Below the pieces are notes generated by a model. It saw nothing but the letters and a program-made list of their open reading frames with translations. It was not told where the DNA came from and did not search any database. 64,000 nucleotides of DNA from an uncultured Bacilli bacterium (GTDB lineage: Bacteria; Bacillota_I; Bacilli_A; RF39; UBA660), in assembly GCA_947630575.1 (NCBI GenBank), contig CANRIB010000002.1:30725-94724 (forward strand). The letters run 5' to 3'. A program made the translations under genes and the position numbers. Positions 48,100-56,534 of the stretch are shown piece after piece (positions within the stretch are counted from its first letter, which is position 1; every line of letters begins with the position of its first letter).

Positions 48100-49017
48100 A
48101 TGTTTCCCTATACTTTAGATAATAAAAGATATCATACCTTAAATTATTTTTTTAAAACTAAATTTGGTTGTAAAGTTTTCAAAGTTAGTTTAAATGCTAA
48201 TTTTTCTTGTCCTAATTTCCAAAATGGTCATGGCTGTATTTTTTGCAAACATGGAAGTGGAAATAAACTAGAACATCTAAGTTTAAAAGACCAATTTAAT
48301 CTTGTTAAAATACCTTTAGATAAAAAATGGCCCCATGCCAAATATATTGCCTACTTTCAAGCAAACACCAACACTTATGCTCCTTTAGATATTTTAAAAG
48401 AGAAATATGAAGAAGTTTTAACTTACCCCAATGTTATAGGCTTAGATATTGCTACAAGAAGTGACTGCCTCTCTAATGAAATATTAGATTATTTAGAAGA
48501 ACTTAATCAAAAAACTTTTTTAATGGTTGAATTAGGTTTAGAATCAGGCCATGATAAAACCCTGAAATTAATTAATCGTGGTCATGATGTTAACAATTTT
48601 ATTGAAGCTGTAAAAAAACTAAAAAAGAGAAATATCTTTACTGTTGTTCATATTATTAATGGTCTTCCCGGTGAAACCAAAGAAATGATGCTAGACACAG
48701 TTAAATTATTAAATGAACTTCCTATTGATGGCATAAAAATTCATATGTTATACATCTCTAAAGATACCCCTCTTGCTTTAATGTATCAAAAAAAGCCTTT
48801 TAAATTATTAACTAAAGAAGAATATATAGATATAGTTTGTGAAGAATTAGAATATTTAAATGATAATATAGTTATAATGCGTATCACCGGTGATCCTGAA
48901 AAAGAAGATTTAATCGCCCCTAATTGGTTATTAAAAAAATTTTGTGTTTTAAATGATATCGATAAAGAAATGAAAAAAAGAAATATTTACCAAGGAGATA
49001 AAACTACTCCAAAGTAA
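48100..49017 (+). CDS. Radical SAM protein, TIGR01212 family (YhcC-like).
   Basis: CPNFQNGHGCIFC cysteine cluster near the N-terminus and family-typical downstream regions; 305 aa. Confidence 0.7.
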   Translation: MFPYTLDNKRYHTLNYFFKTKFGCKVFKVSLNANFSCPNFQNGHGCIFCKHGSGNKLEHLSLKDQFNLVKIPLDKKWPHAKYIAYFQANTNTYAPLDILKEKYEEVLTYPNVIGLDIATRSDCLSNEILDYLEELNQKTFLMVELGLESGHDKTLKLINRGHDVNNFIEAVKKLKKRNIFTVVHIINGLPGETKEMMLDTVKLLNELPIDGIKIHMLYISKDTPLALMYQKKPFKLLTKEEYIDIVCEELEYLNDNIVIMRITGDPEKEDLIAPNWLLKKFCVLNDIDKEMKKRNIYQGDKTTPK

Positions 49018-49606
49018 TATTTCTTATTTTTTGTTTAATTCTTTGCACTGTATTATCTACTTGCTTTAAAGTTTTATTAGTTAAACTAGCAATTTTTTTA
49101 CTATCATAACCATTTTTTAAATAATTAAATATTTCATATTCATTACAAGACAAAGACTCTTTTATTTTTTCTAATAATTCTTCATAACTTTCTTTATTAG
49201 TCAATTTATTTAATGGTTCCAAATCATCAACATCTTGAATCAAATCTCTCAAAGTTGTTCCTTCTTCATCATAATCATAATCTAAAGAATATGAACTATT
49301 TAAAAATTTAGCTTTTTCTCCCCCATAACTTTTAATTATTTTTTGTAATCTTCTTCTAATACAAAGACTAATAAAAGTTTCTAACTTAACATTTTTATCA
49401 TCTCTAAAATTTATTAAAGCATCACTAAAAGCATAATAAGCTTCTTGTTCAAATTCTTTTAAATCTATTCCTAACTTAAAAGCCACATTATGATACTCAT
49501 GAAGTAAAACATCAACTATATATTTATATTTATTATAAATAATATCTTTTGCATCTTCATTATGTTCTAAAAACAAAGAATAAACTTCTTCATCTGAATA
49601 ATCCAT
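49004..49606 (-). CDS. sigH: Sigma-70 family RNA polymerase sigma factor, SigH-like.
   Basis: Region 2 (YIVDVLLHEY...EAYYAFSDALINF) and region 4 HTH (KKIASLTNKTLKQVDNTVQRIKQKI). It lies immediately downstream of a TrmH-family methyltransferase, as in the Bacillus yacO-yacP-sigH arrangement. Confidence 0.65.
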   Translation of the reverse strand: MDYSDEEVYSLFLEHNEDAKDIIYNKYKYIVDVLLHEYHNVAFKLGIDLKEFEQEAYYAFSDALINFRDDKNVKLETFISLCIRRRLQKIIKSYGGEKAKFLNSSYSLDYDYDEEGTTLRDLIQDVDDLEPLNKLTNKESYEELLEKIKESLSCNEYEIFNYLKNGYDSKKIASLTNKTLKQVDNTVQRIKQKIRNITLE

Positions 49607-49608
49607 AG

Positions 49609-50295
49609 TTACCTCTTTAACATCCCATAAATAAGTATTGCAGCAGATACACTAGCATTTAAACTATTTATTTTCCCATACATTGGAATACTTATAATTA
49701 CATCACTTTTCTCTCGCACCAGTTTACTCACTCCAGCTCCCTCGGCTCCAATAACTAATACTCTTTTTTGAGCATAATCAACACTTTGATAATTAACTCC
49801 ATCCATATCCGCCGTATAAACAAAAAAATTATTATCCTGTAATGTTTTTAAAGCATTATTTATATTACTAACCATTATTATTTTAACATTATTTATAGCC
49901 CCCACACTAATTTTCATCACTGTTTCATTAACTCTTATACTTCTATCCTTAGGAATAATAATAGATTTAATTCCCGCACACTCACACGTTCTAATAATTG
50001 CCCCCAAATTATGCGGATCTTCCAAATGATCTAAACAAACCACAAAATCTTCTTCTAAACAACTATCCAACTTAAAGTATTCATAATCATTGACATCAAT
50101 AACTATCCCTTGATGATTAGCCTTAACCATCTTATTTAATCTAACATCCGGCACTAACTCATATTTTATCCTATTATCTCTTAAATAATTTAAAATATTA
50201 TTATCTTTAAAATTTTCTCTTAAATAAACTTTATGAATATCCTTAATTGGTGTTTCTTTTAAAACATTTTTACCACATACTAACACGTTTATCAC
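49609..50295 (-). CDS. TrmH/SpoU-family RNA 2'-O-methyltransferase (RlmB/YacO-like).
   Basis: SpoU methylase motifs (LDHLEDPHNLGAIIRTCECAG; IPMYGKINSLNASVSAAILIY); 228 aa. Confidence 0.8.
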   Translation of the reverse strand: MINVLVCGKNVLKETPIKDIHKVYLRENFKDNNILNYLRDNRIKYELVPDVRLNKMVKANHQGIVIDVNDYEYFKLDSCLEEDFVVCLDHLEDPHNLGAIIRTCECAGIKSIIIPKDRSIRVNETVMKISVGAINNVKIIMVSNINNALKTLQDNNFFVYTADMDGVNYQSVDYAQKRVLVIGAEGAGVSKLVREKSDVIISIPMYGKINSLNASVSAAILIYGMLKR

Positions 50296-50362
50296 CTAAA
50301 AAAAGTATAACAAAAAAAGAAAGGTTTGTAAAGCAAGGATTAACCTAAGCCCCATCCCTTTC

Positions 50363-51688
50363 TTATAACTTATTTACTAAAGCTTTAAATTCGTCCCCTC
50401 TATCTTCAAATCTTGCATATTGATCCCAAGAAGCTGCCCCCGGACTTAAAAGAACAATATCTCCTGCTTTAACATTTTTAGTTACTTTATCTATTACTTC
50501 TTTTAAATATTCTTCAGCCTCACATAAAATATTATTTGCATCACAAAAGTCTTTAATTTTATTTCTAACTTCCCCAATCGCATATATTTTTACTATTTTA
50601 TCTTTATAAGGAATTAAATCATCAAACTCTTGATTTCTATCCATCCCCCCAAATATTAAATGAATATTTCCCTTAAAACTTTTTAAAGCTGTAACCGTCG
50701 CCGTTGGATTAGTAGATTTAGAATCATTATAATATTCCACTCCATTAATATTTCTCACAAACTCAATTCGATGCTCTACCCCTTTAAATTTCTTTAATAC
50801 TTCTAAAGCATACTTAAAATCAACTTTAAGAACTTTCATAACTAACAACATAGCTAAAATATTCTCATAATTATGCGTTCCCTTTAAAAGGATATCCTCT
50901 AATTCTACAACTTTCTTTTTATCTATATATATAGCTTCATCTGTATAATAATTATCTTCATTATTAAAATAATATTTTGTATCTTTAATATCTTTTATTA
51001 ATTCTATACTATCTAAATTCTTATTATTTAATATTGCTATATTATCTTTTGTATGACCATTAAATATTTTATGTTTAACATTTTTATAAGCTTCATAAGA
51101 ACCATGATAATCTAAATGGGTAGGACATAAATTAGTTAAAACACTTATATTTGTTCTAAAATCATCCATATCAATTAATTGATGATCAGAAACTTCCAAA
51201 AGCAAAATATCCCCACTTTTAATTTTATTTTCATTTATAATCTCTGATAAAGGTATTCCTATATTTCCCCCCAAAACAACATCAATCTTTGCCTCTTTTA
51301 ATACTTCATTTATCAAAGTTGTTGTCGTCGTCTTACCATTTGACCCTGTAACTCCAATAATATTAATGTTTTTAGGTAAAAAATGATACGCGACTTCCAT
51401 TTCATTTACTACCTTTATCTTAAGTTCATGCGCTTTGACAATACAAGGATGGGATGGAAATACTGCTGGATTTTTAATTACTAAATCATAACTTTTATCT
51501 AACAAATCTTCTGGTTTATCTGTTAAATAAAATTTTATTCCCAAACCATCTAACTCTTTTAATTTATCATTATCTTGACTTTTACTATCTGTAACAATTA
51601 TTTGATTATTTCTCTTACCCAACAATTTAGCTACTTGATAACCACTTCTAGCCATCCCCAATATTAATATTTTCATATTTTCATACAT
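50363..51688 (-). CDS. murD: UDP-N-acetylmuramoyl-L-alanine--D-glutamate ligase.
   Basis: GVTGSNGKTTTTTLI P-loop and Mur ligase middle and C-terminal domains; 441 aa. Confidence 0.9.
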   Translation of the reverse strand: MYENMKILILGMARSGYQVAKLLGKRNNQIIVTDSKSQDNDKLKELDGLGIKFYLTDKPEDLLDKSYDLVIKNPAVFPSHPCIVKAHELKIKVVNEMEVAYHFLPKNINIIGVTGSNGKTTTTTLINEVLKEAKIDVVLGGNIGIPLSEIINENKIKSGDILLLEVSDHQLIDMDDFRTNISVLTNLCPTHLDYHGSYEAYKNVKHKIFNGHTKDNIAILNNKNLDSIELIKDIKDTKYYFNNEDNYYTDEAIYIDKKKVVELEDILLKGTHNYENILAMLLVMKVLKVDFKYALEVLKKFKGVEHRIEFVRNINGVEYYNDSKSTNPTATVTALKSFKGNIHLIFGGMDRNQEFDDLIPYKDKIVKIYAIGEVRNKIKDFCDANNILCEAEEYLKEVIDKVTKNVKAGDIVLLSPGAASWDQYARFEDRGDEFKALVNKL

Positions 51689-51734
51689 CTAAATCACCTA
51701 ACTAAATTATATGTCAAATAAAAAAAAAAAGCAA

Positions 51735-52355
51735 TTAACTTGCTTTAATTAAATTAACGTAGTAGTTGACATCTTTATGCCAATTTGGATTTTCAGCATA
51801 TTTTCTATTCATTAACTCTGGAGTTGTAAGTCCATAAGCATAATAATTTTTGGCTAAATTTCGAATAAAAGAATTTATTCCTGTGTCTAAATCGCTAAAT
51901 GAAGCATAAGAACCACATCCTGAACCCTTCATTCCTCCAATATTATTACAATGTTTAGTTAAATAACTACAATTCCATTTACATCCAGTTTCCACTAAAA
52001 TAATACCTGTTGCCACAAATGGGTCAACTTCATATTCTAAAGCTATTTTTGCAATATTTTCCCCATAACCACTCAATGTTGAATTAAGAACATTATTAAG
52101 TTTCCCACTTAACTCTGTCATAGTATAACCATCATAAACAATTGGTTCTTCATATCTACTTTTAGGTATATTGCTTTCATATATATTATTTTTTATATAA
52201 TTTTGATATAAAATTCTTTCTTGATTATTTTCTTTATAAATTATGATACTACTACTTAATATAAAAATGATTACCATCATTTTATATAAATAACTTTTCA
52301 TATATCCCCCTGCTTCTTTAAAAGAAGTAATATAATTGTACCATAAATTATTCAT
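51735..52355 (-). CDS. Glucosaminidase-domain protein (GH73-like peptidoglycan hydrolase), secreted.
   Basis: Signal/TM MMVIIFILSSSIIIY; the domain region IALEYEVDPFVATGIILVETG...YASFSDLDTGINSFIRNLAKNYY resembles mannosyl-glycoprotein endo-beta-N-acetylglucosaminidase. Confidence 0.55.
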   Translation of the reverse strand: MNNLWYNYITSFKEAGGYMKSYLYKMMVIIFILSSSIIIYKENNQERILYQNYIKNNIYESNIPKSRYEEPIVYDGYTMTELSGKLNNVLNSTLSGYGENIAKIALEYEVDPFVATGIILVETGCKWNCSYLTKHCNNIGGMKGSGCGSYASFSDLDTGINSFIRNLAKNYYAYGLTTPELMNRKYAENPNWHKDVNYYVNLIKAS

Positions 52356-52393
52356 TTTGTCAAATTATCTCCTACTTTTTAGCATACATTAGT

Positions 52394-52687
52394 TTATATT
52401 CTTTCAATATAATCTATATCTTTAATCTTAATTTTCTCCCCATTTAAAGTAAGTAATTCATTATTAGTTTTCCCCACAATTACCGTATTAATAACATCAT
52501 TTCCCATCCTAATTTCCACTTTACTCTTATAAACATGATGGGGACTAGCAAATATTTCATTAATTTTTCCTGGAATATTATCCATTTTAACATTTCTAAC
52601 TTCTGTTGTACTCAAAAAAACCTCTTTATTATTACTAAAAGTTTTATTAATTGGATTAGCATACACTTTAGGTAAATTCTTATTCAT
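52394..52687 (-). CDS. Hypothetical protein (97 aa).
   Basis: Open frame; no confident motif. Confidence 0.4.
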   Translation of the reverse strand: MNKNLPKVYANPINKTFSNNKEVFLSTTEVRNVKMDNIPGKINEIFASPHHVYKSKVEIRMGNDVINTVIVGKTNNELLTLNGEKIKIKDIDYIERI

Positions 52688-52727
52688 AAGTTACACCTCT
52701 ATAACATTTTATGATAAAAAAACTAAT

Positions 52728-53831
52728 TTGAGACATAATAGTAATATGAAAAAGAAAAAAATAATTAACAAATTACCTCTCATAATTCCTTTATTAATAC
52801 TAATTATTATTTCTTTAATTAACATGAAAATAATCGGTATTAATAATGAAATATATAGCAATTATTTTCTAAAACAAGTATTATGGTTTATACTTGGATT
52901 TATTTCTATGCTCATAATTATTATCTTTAAACCCAAAATACTATTTAAATATAGCAAATATTTATATTTATTAAATGTTTTACTTTTAATATTAGTTTTA
53001 TTTTTTGGCGAAACCATCAATGGTTCTACTGCTTGGTTTAACCTCTATTTCTTTTCTTTTCAACCCAGTGAACTCATGAAACTAACATTAACTCTTTATC
53101 TATCTGAAACATTATCCCATTATAAAGAACATAGCTTCAAACAAGAATTTAAACTTATCTTAAAAGCTTTCTTCATAACTTTAATCCCTTCTTTATTTGT
53201 ATTTTTAGAACCTGACACTGGAGCAATCATAATTTATTTCTTAATCATGTTAGGAATAATTATTGTATATAAACTAAACTATAAATGGTATTTAATTATA
53301 GGTATTATTATCACCATTATTATATTAACTTTTAGTTATTTATATCTCTATCAAAAAGACTTATTAATTAATCTTATTGGCACATCTTTCTTTTATCGCA
53401 TAGACCGCATTTTAACATTTGTAAAAAATGATTCTTTTCAATTAGATAGAGCCTTAATTGCCATAGGAACTTCAAGTATTTTAAAAGGTAGTAATTATAT
53501 TTATATTCCTGAAGCCCCAACTGATTTTATTATTGCTCTTTCTATAAATAATTTAGGTATTATAAGTTTCATATTAATTTTAATTTGTTTTATAATTCTA
53601 GATTTCTATTTTCTTTTAAAACTTTTCAAAGCCCAAAATTTAAAATTTAAAATGTTCTTTTCTGGTTTTCTCTTCATGTTTATTTTTGCTCAAATCCAAA
53701 ACATTGGCATGAATCTCGGACTATTTCCCATCATTGGTCTTCCTTTACCATTTTTAAGTTATGGGGGCACAAACATAATAGTTTACTTCATGTTTTTAGG
53801 CATTTTAGCTAGTAAAAGCAAAAATTTTTAA
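52728..53831 (+). CDS. SEDS-family protein (RodA/FtsW).
   Basis: Ten TM segments; motifs FQPSELMKLTLTLYLSE, IPEAPTDFIIALSINNLG and GLPLPFLSYGGTNIIV. Confidence 0.85.
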   Translation: MRHNSNMKKKKIINKLPLIIPLLILIIISLINMKIIGINNEIYSNYFLKQVLWFILGFISMLIIIIFKPKILFKYSKYLYLLNVLLLILVLFFGETINGSTAWFNLYFFSFQPSELMKLTLTLYLSETLSHYKEHSFKQEFKLILKAFFITLIPSLFVFLEPDTGAIIIYFLIMLGIIIVYKLNYKWYLIIGIIITIIILTFSYLYLYQKDLLINLIGTSFFYRIDRILTFVKNDSFQLDRALIAIGTSSILKGSNYIYIPEAPTDFIIALSINNLGIISFILILICFIILDFYFLLKLFKAQNLKFKMFFSGFLFMFIFAQIQNIGMNLGLFPIIGLPLPFLSYGGTNIIVYFMFLGILASKSKNF

Positions 53832-53849
53832 TTTTTTTAAAATTAATAC

Positions 53850-54021
53850 TTGACAAAAAACTCTTTTTGTATTAGTATACAAACTCGAACATTTAATTTG
53901 TTTGAATATTCTTTTCCATTCTTTGATATACTTCCTTTACTTAACTAATATCAAATTCTACTAATTCAAGCAATATTTAAATGTTTTTCTGACGAAAAGA
54001 GAGCCCTTTGTGGCTTTTTTT
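53850..54021 (+). ncRNA. Candidate small transcript: sigma-A-like promoter (TTGACA-17 nt-TAGTAT, 53850-53878), about 135 nt without an ORF, then a terminator hairpin AGCC-n6-GGCT plus T7 (54002-54021).
   Basis: Promoter and terminator elements read directly; the only ATG-initiated frame is 3 codons long. Confidence 0.3.
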
Positions 54022-54083
54022 ATTGCCAAAATTTAACATTTAAAACAAAAAAGTGAGGAGAAATCCCCACATGGAATTTAATC

Positions 54084-54119
54084 TTGCCTAAGAATAAGTT
54101 TAGAGCGACTTAGGCAAGA
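54084..54119. terminator. 10-bp stem hairpin CTTGCCTAAG-n16-CTTAGGCAAG directly downstream of paralog copy 3.
   Basis: Perfect inverted repeat. The analogous hairpin CTTGTCTATTA-n17-TAATAGACAAG lies downstream of copy 2 (28797-28834); stem sequences differ but pairing is retained. Confidence 0.45.
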
Positions 54120-54130
54120 AATAGACTAAA

Positions 54131-55582
54131 TTATTGTACTACAAATGGACTATTTGTTGTTCCTTGACCTGTAAATTGGGTATCAGCCTTCAGGTTTATT
54201 ACTGGACGTACACCTCTTGTAGTGTACACGTAGTCGCTCCCAAGGTAGCCATCAGAATTCACACCAAACACGTGAGCCTCGCTAACGGCAAAGCGAAACG
54301 GAGACATTGCCCAATAATTTTGTTCACCTGTATACAACCAATAACTTGTATTACTTGAATCTCTTCCTCCTGCAAAATTTACCTCGTCTGCCGTTATTAA
54401 GCCTATTGGATTGGTTAATTTTCTATTTCCAGTTTTAGCTCCACTTACTGTATATAAATCATTACTTGCATTTGGACAATCAAATGTGGGTTTTCTTGGT
54501 GATTTATATGTCCTTACATATGCTCCATACCGAGTTGATGTTGTTCCAGCTCCATATTTAGTTTTATCTGGTTGGGATGTTGCACTTGTTCCATTCCATT
54601 CATATGGTGTTCTATCTCCACAAAATCCCGATTCTGTATCTATATATTCAGTTGCATTTTTTTCATTATTTTTTGCTTTTGATAATACAGTTTCATACCA
54701 ATTATCTATATATTCTTTTATTCCACTATCATGGGTGTTTGCATGAGTTGCATTGTAGCCATCTAAAGTTTGTGTTTGACTAGTTTCTCCATACATATAT
54801 CCTACATATGCATTATCCCCATCTTTTGCATCTTTACTGAATACGTGACCATTTCCATTATCAAGCATTGTCGCTTTTCCTGTTGCATTAGACGTTGTTC
54901 CACTATAAATTATTTTGATTGAACCATTACTATTTATTCGGATGATTCGCCAATACATATTTGCAAATAATACATAATTGTTGTTTATCGTTCCTCTATA
55001 GTAATATGTTGGTAATCCATTTTCTTCTCCTTCATATATCCCATTAGTTGCTTCTTCACATCCATCTTCACATGATGTTTTATTAAAATCTGGTACATAT
55101 AAATTAACATCTATAGTTCCTATTGCTGTTTCTACTTTCTTAGTTGTTGTTACATCTAAATATACATAACATTTTGTTCCCTTTTTGTTTATACTTATAC
55201 TAACTCTATTATTTTTATATTCCATTGGTATATCTTTATGCTCTAGATTATCTCCTGGATATTTGCAATAACTTTTATCTTTGTTTACTTCATAATTACC
55301 AATTGGCACAGTTTCTGCTTGATTATATGTTCCACCACCTTTACTATCTTGTACTTTTAATGCTATTACATTTAAATCTGCTAAACTATAATTAACATTG
55401 CCATTAACTATTTGTACACTTTTAGTTATCTGATATTTTGCTTTGCTATTTGTTATATATATTATTCCTACTAGCAATACTAATATTGTTATAGTTAATA
55501 TTATTTTTTTATTTTTTCCTTTACTTAACTTCTCTACTTTCATTAATCTTCCCTTCTTTATAATTGACTTATTATCAATCAT
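54131..55582 (-). CDS. Paralogous anchored secreted protein, copy 3 (483 aa in the track; likely 470 aa from the ATG at 55543).
   Basis: N-terminus MKVEKLSKGKNKKIILTITILVLLVGIIYITNSKAKYQ... is nearly identical to copy 1 at both nucleotide and protein level. C-terminal motifs: TYYYRGTINNNYVLFANMYWRIIRINSNGSIKIIYSG, SGFCGDRTPYEW, RYGAYVRT, NPIGLITADEVNFAGG, YWAMSP and GVRPVINLKADT. Confidence 0.8.
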   Translation of the reverse strand: MIDNKSIIKKGRLMKVEKLSKGKNKKIILTITILVLLVGIIYITNSKAKYQITKSVQIVNGNVNYSLADLNVIALKVQDSKGGGTYNQAETVPIGNYEVNKDKSYCKYPGDNLEHKDIPMEYKNNRVSISINKKGTKCYVYLDVTTTKKVETAIGTIDVNLYVPDFNKTSCEDGCEEATNGIYEGEENGLPTYYYRGTINNNYVLFANMYWRIIRINSNGSIKIIYSGTTSNATGKATMLDNGNGHVFSKDAKDGDNAYVGYMYGETSQTQTLDGYNATHANTHDSGIKEYIDNWYETVLSKAKNNEKNATEYIDTESGFCGDRTPYEWNGTSATSQPDKTKYGAGTTSTRYGAYVRTYKSPRKPTFDCPNASNDLYTVSGAKTGNRKLTNPIGLITADEVNFAGGRDSSNTSYWLYTGEQNYWAMSPFRFAVSEAHVFGVNSDGYLGSDYVYTTRGVRPVINLKADTQFTGQGTTNSPFVVQ

Positions 55583-55597
55583 ATTAGAAATTTCTAA
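55564..55597. promoter_or_regulatory. Operator-like palindromes TTGACttattATCAA and TTAGAAATTTCTAA in the divergent promoter of cassette copy 3.
   Basis: Same sequences as in copy 1 (1079-1112), with one mismatch in the first palindrome. Confidence 0.45.
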
Positions 55598-55710
55598 CTT
55601 ATACTAAAATTATAAACTCTTATATACTAAAAGCCAAGAAAAATATAGATATTTATTCGGTTTTATAAGTTACATCTTAGAAGTATGAGAAAATTAAACT
55701 GGTGATACAT

Positions 55711-56166
55711 ATGAATTATGGAATTAATCTAAAAACTTTAAGAGAAAGAAATGGTAAAACAGCAGTATCAATGGCTAAATTAATTAATGTCAGTGATAGT
55801 CTTTACAGCCGATACGAAAAAGAAAAACAAAGCATGCCCCTAAAACATCTAATAACTATATGTGATTACTTTAATGTTTCATTAGATTATATTTTTAATT
55901 TTACAAATACTAGACAATATCCCAATAATAACAAAACATATAACATAGAACTAATAAAAATAAGATTAAAAGAATTAAGAAAAGAAAATAATATTACGCA
56001 AGCAAAAATATCCGAATATCTTAACATCGACCAACCCACTTGGTCCATTTATGAAAAAGGAAAAAGCCTAATAGGCCTTCCCTTTTTACATATGTTATGT
56101 ACTAAATATCATATCTCTGCCGATTATCTTTTAGGTAGAATAAATAATCCTAAATATCTTAAATAA
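55711..56166 (+). CDS. XRE-family regulator with two tandem HTH_XRE domains, cassette copy 3.
   Basis: INLKTLRERNGKTAVSMAKLINVSDSLYSRYEKEKQ...LDYIFNFTN and KENNITQAKISEYLNIDQPTWSIYEKGKSLIGLPFLHMLCTKYHISADYLLGRIN. The track start at 55702 is a GTG; an ATG at 55711 is preferred. Confidence 0.75.
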   Translation: MNYGINLKTLRERNGKTAVSMAKLINVSDSLYSRYEKEKQSMPLKHLITICDYFNVSLDYIFNFTNTRQYPNNNKTYNIELIKIRLKELRKENNITQAKISEYLNIDQPTWSIYEKGKSLIGLPFLHMLCTKYHISADYLLGRINNPKYLK

Positions 56167-56324
56167 GCTCATGTCGAATTATGTCGAACTCTTTTTCTAG
56201 ACATATTCTTTTTTTATGTTTATAATATTAACTTGAACATTTAAGGCGAAGTGCCTACTTTATATTTCCTTTCCATTTCCTTTACTGAAACATCAGGGGG
56301 TTATGATAAAGGAGGTACTAAGTT

Positions 56325-56429
56325 ATGATAAAAGTAATTTTACCATTAAATTTGTTTTTAAAAACAAAAAAGGCACTTCTCTCCATCAAGTTTAAACTTA
56401 ATGTTGAGATAAGTGTCAACAAAAACTAA
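56325..56429 (+). CDS. Small ORF of 34 aa (MIKVILPLNLFLKTKKALLSIKFKLNVEISVNKN) with a near-consensus SD; candidate small protein or leader peptide.
   Basis: AAAGGAGGT at 56308-56316, 8 nt from the ATG. Upstream promoter-like TAGACA-17-TATAAT (about 56193-56227); downstream perfect palindromic terminator at 56501-56517. Not in the supplied track because it is under 60 aa. Confidence 0.35.
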   Translation: MIKVILPLNLFLKTKKALLSIKFKLNVEISVNKN

Positions 56430-56500
56430 AAATTTGTAGGCATTTAGTCCTTAAATGTTCTACATCTCAATTGTACCATTAAATAATTCTTTTGTAAACT

Positions 56501-56517
56501 AAAAAAGACGTCTTTTT
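56501..56517. terminator. Perfect palindrome AAAAAAGACGTCTTTTT, a bidirectional terminator-like element between the small ORF unit and cdaR.
   Basis: Read directly; a T-run follows on both strands. Confidence 0.45.
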
Positions 56518-56534
56518 AAAACGCCTTTTAAATT

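Noticed and set aside
54134-54783. Track ORFs 54134..54358, 54411..54746 and 54577..54783 (+).
   Set aside because: They are antisense within paralog copy 3.
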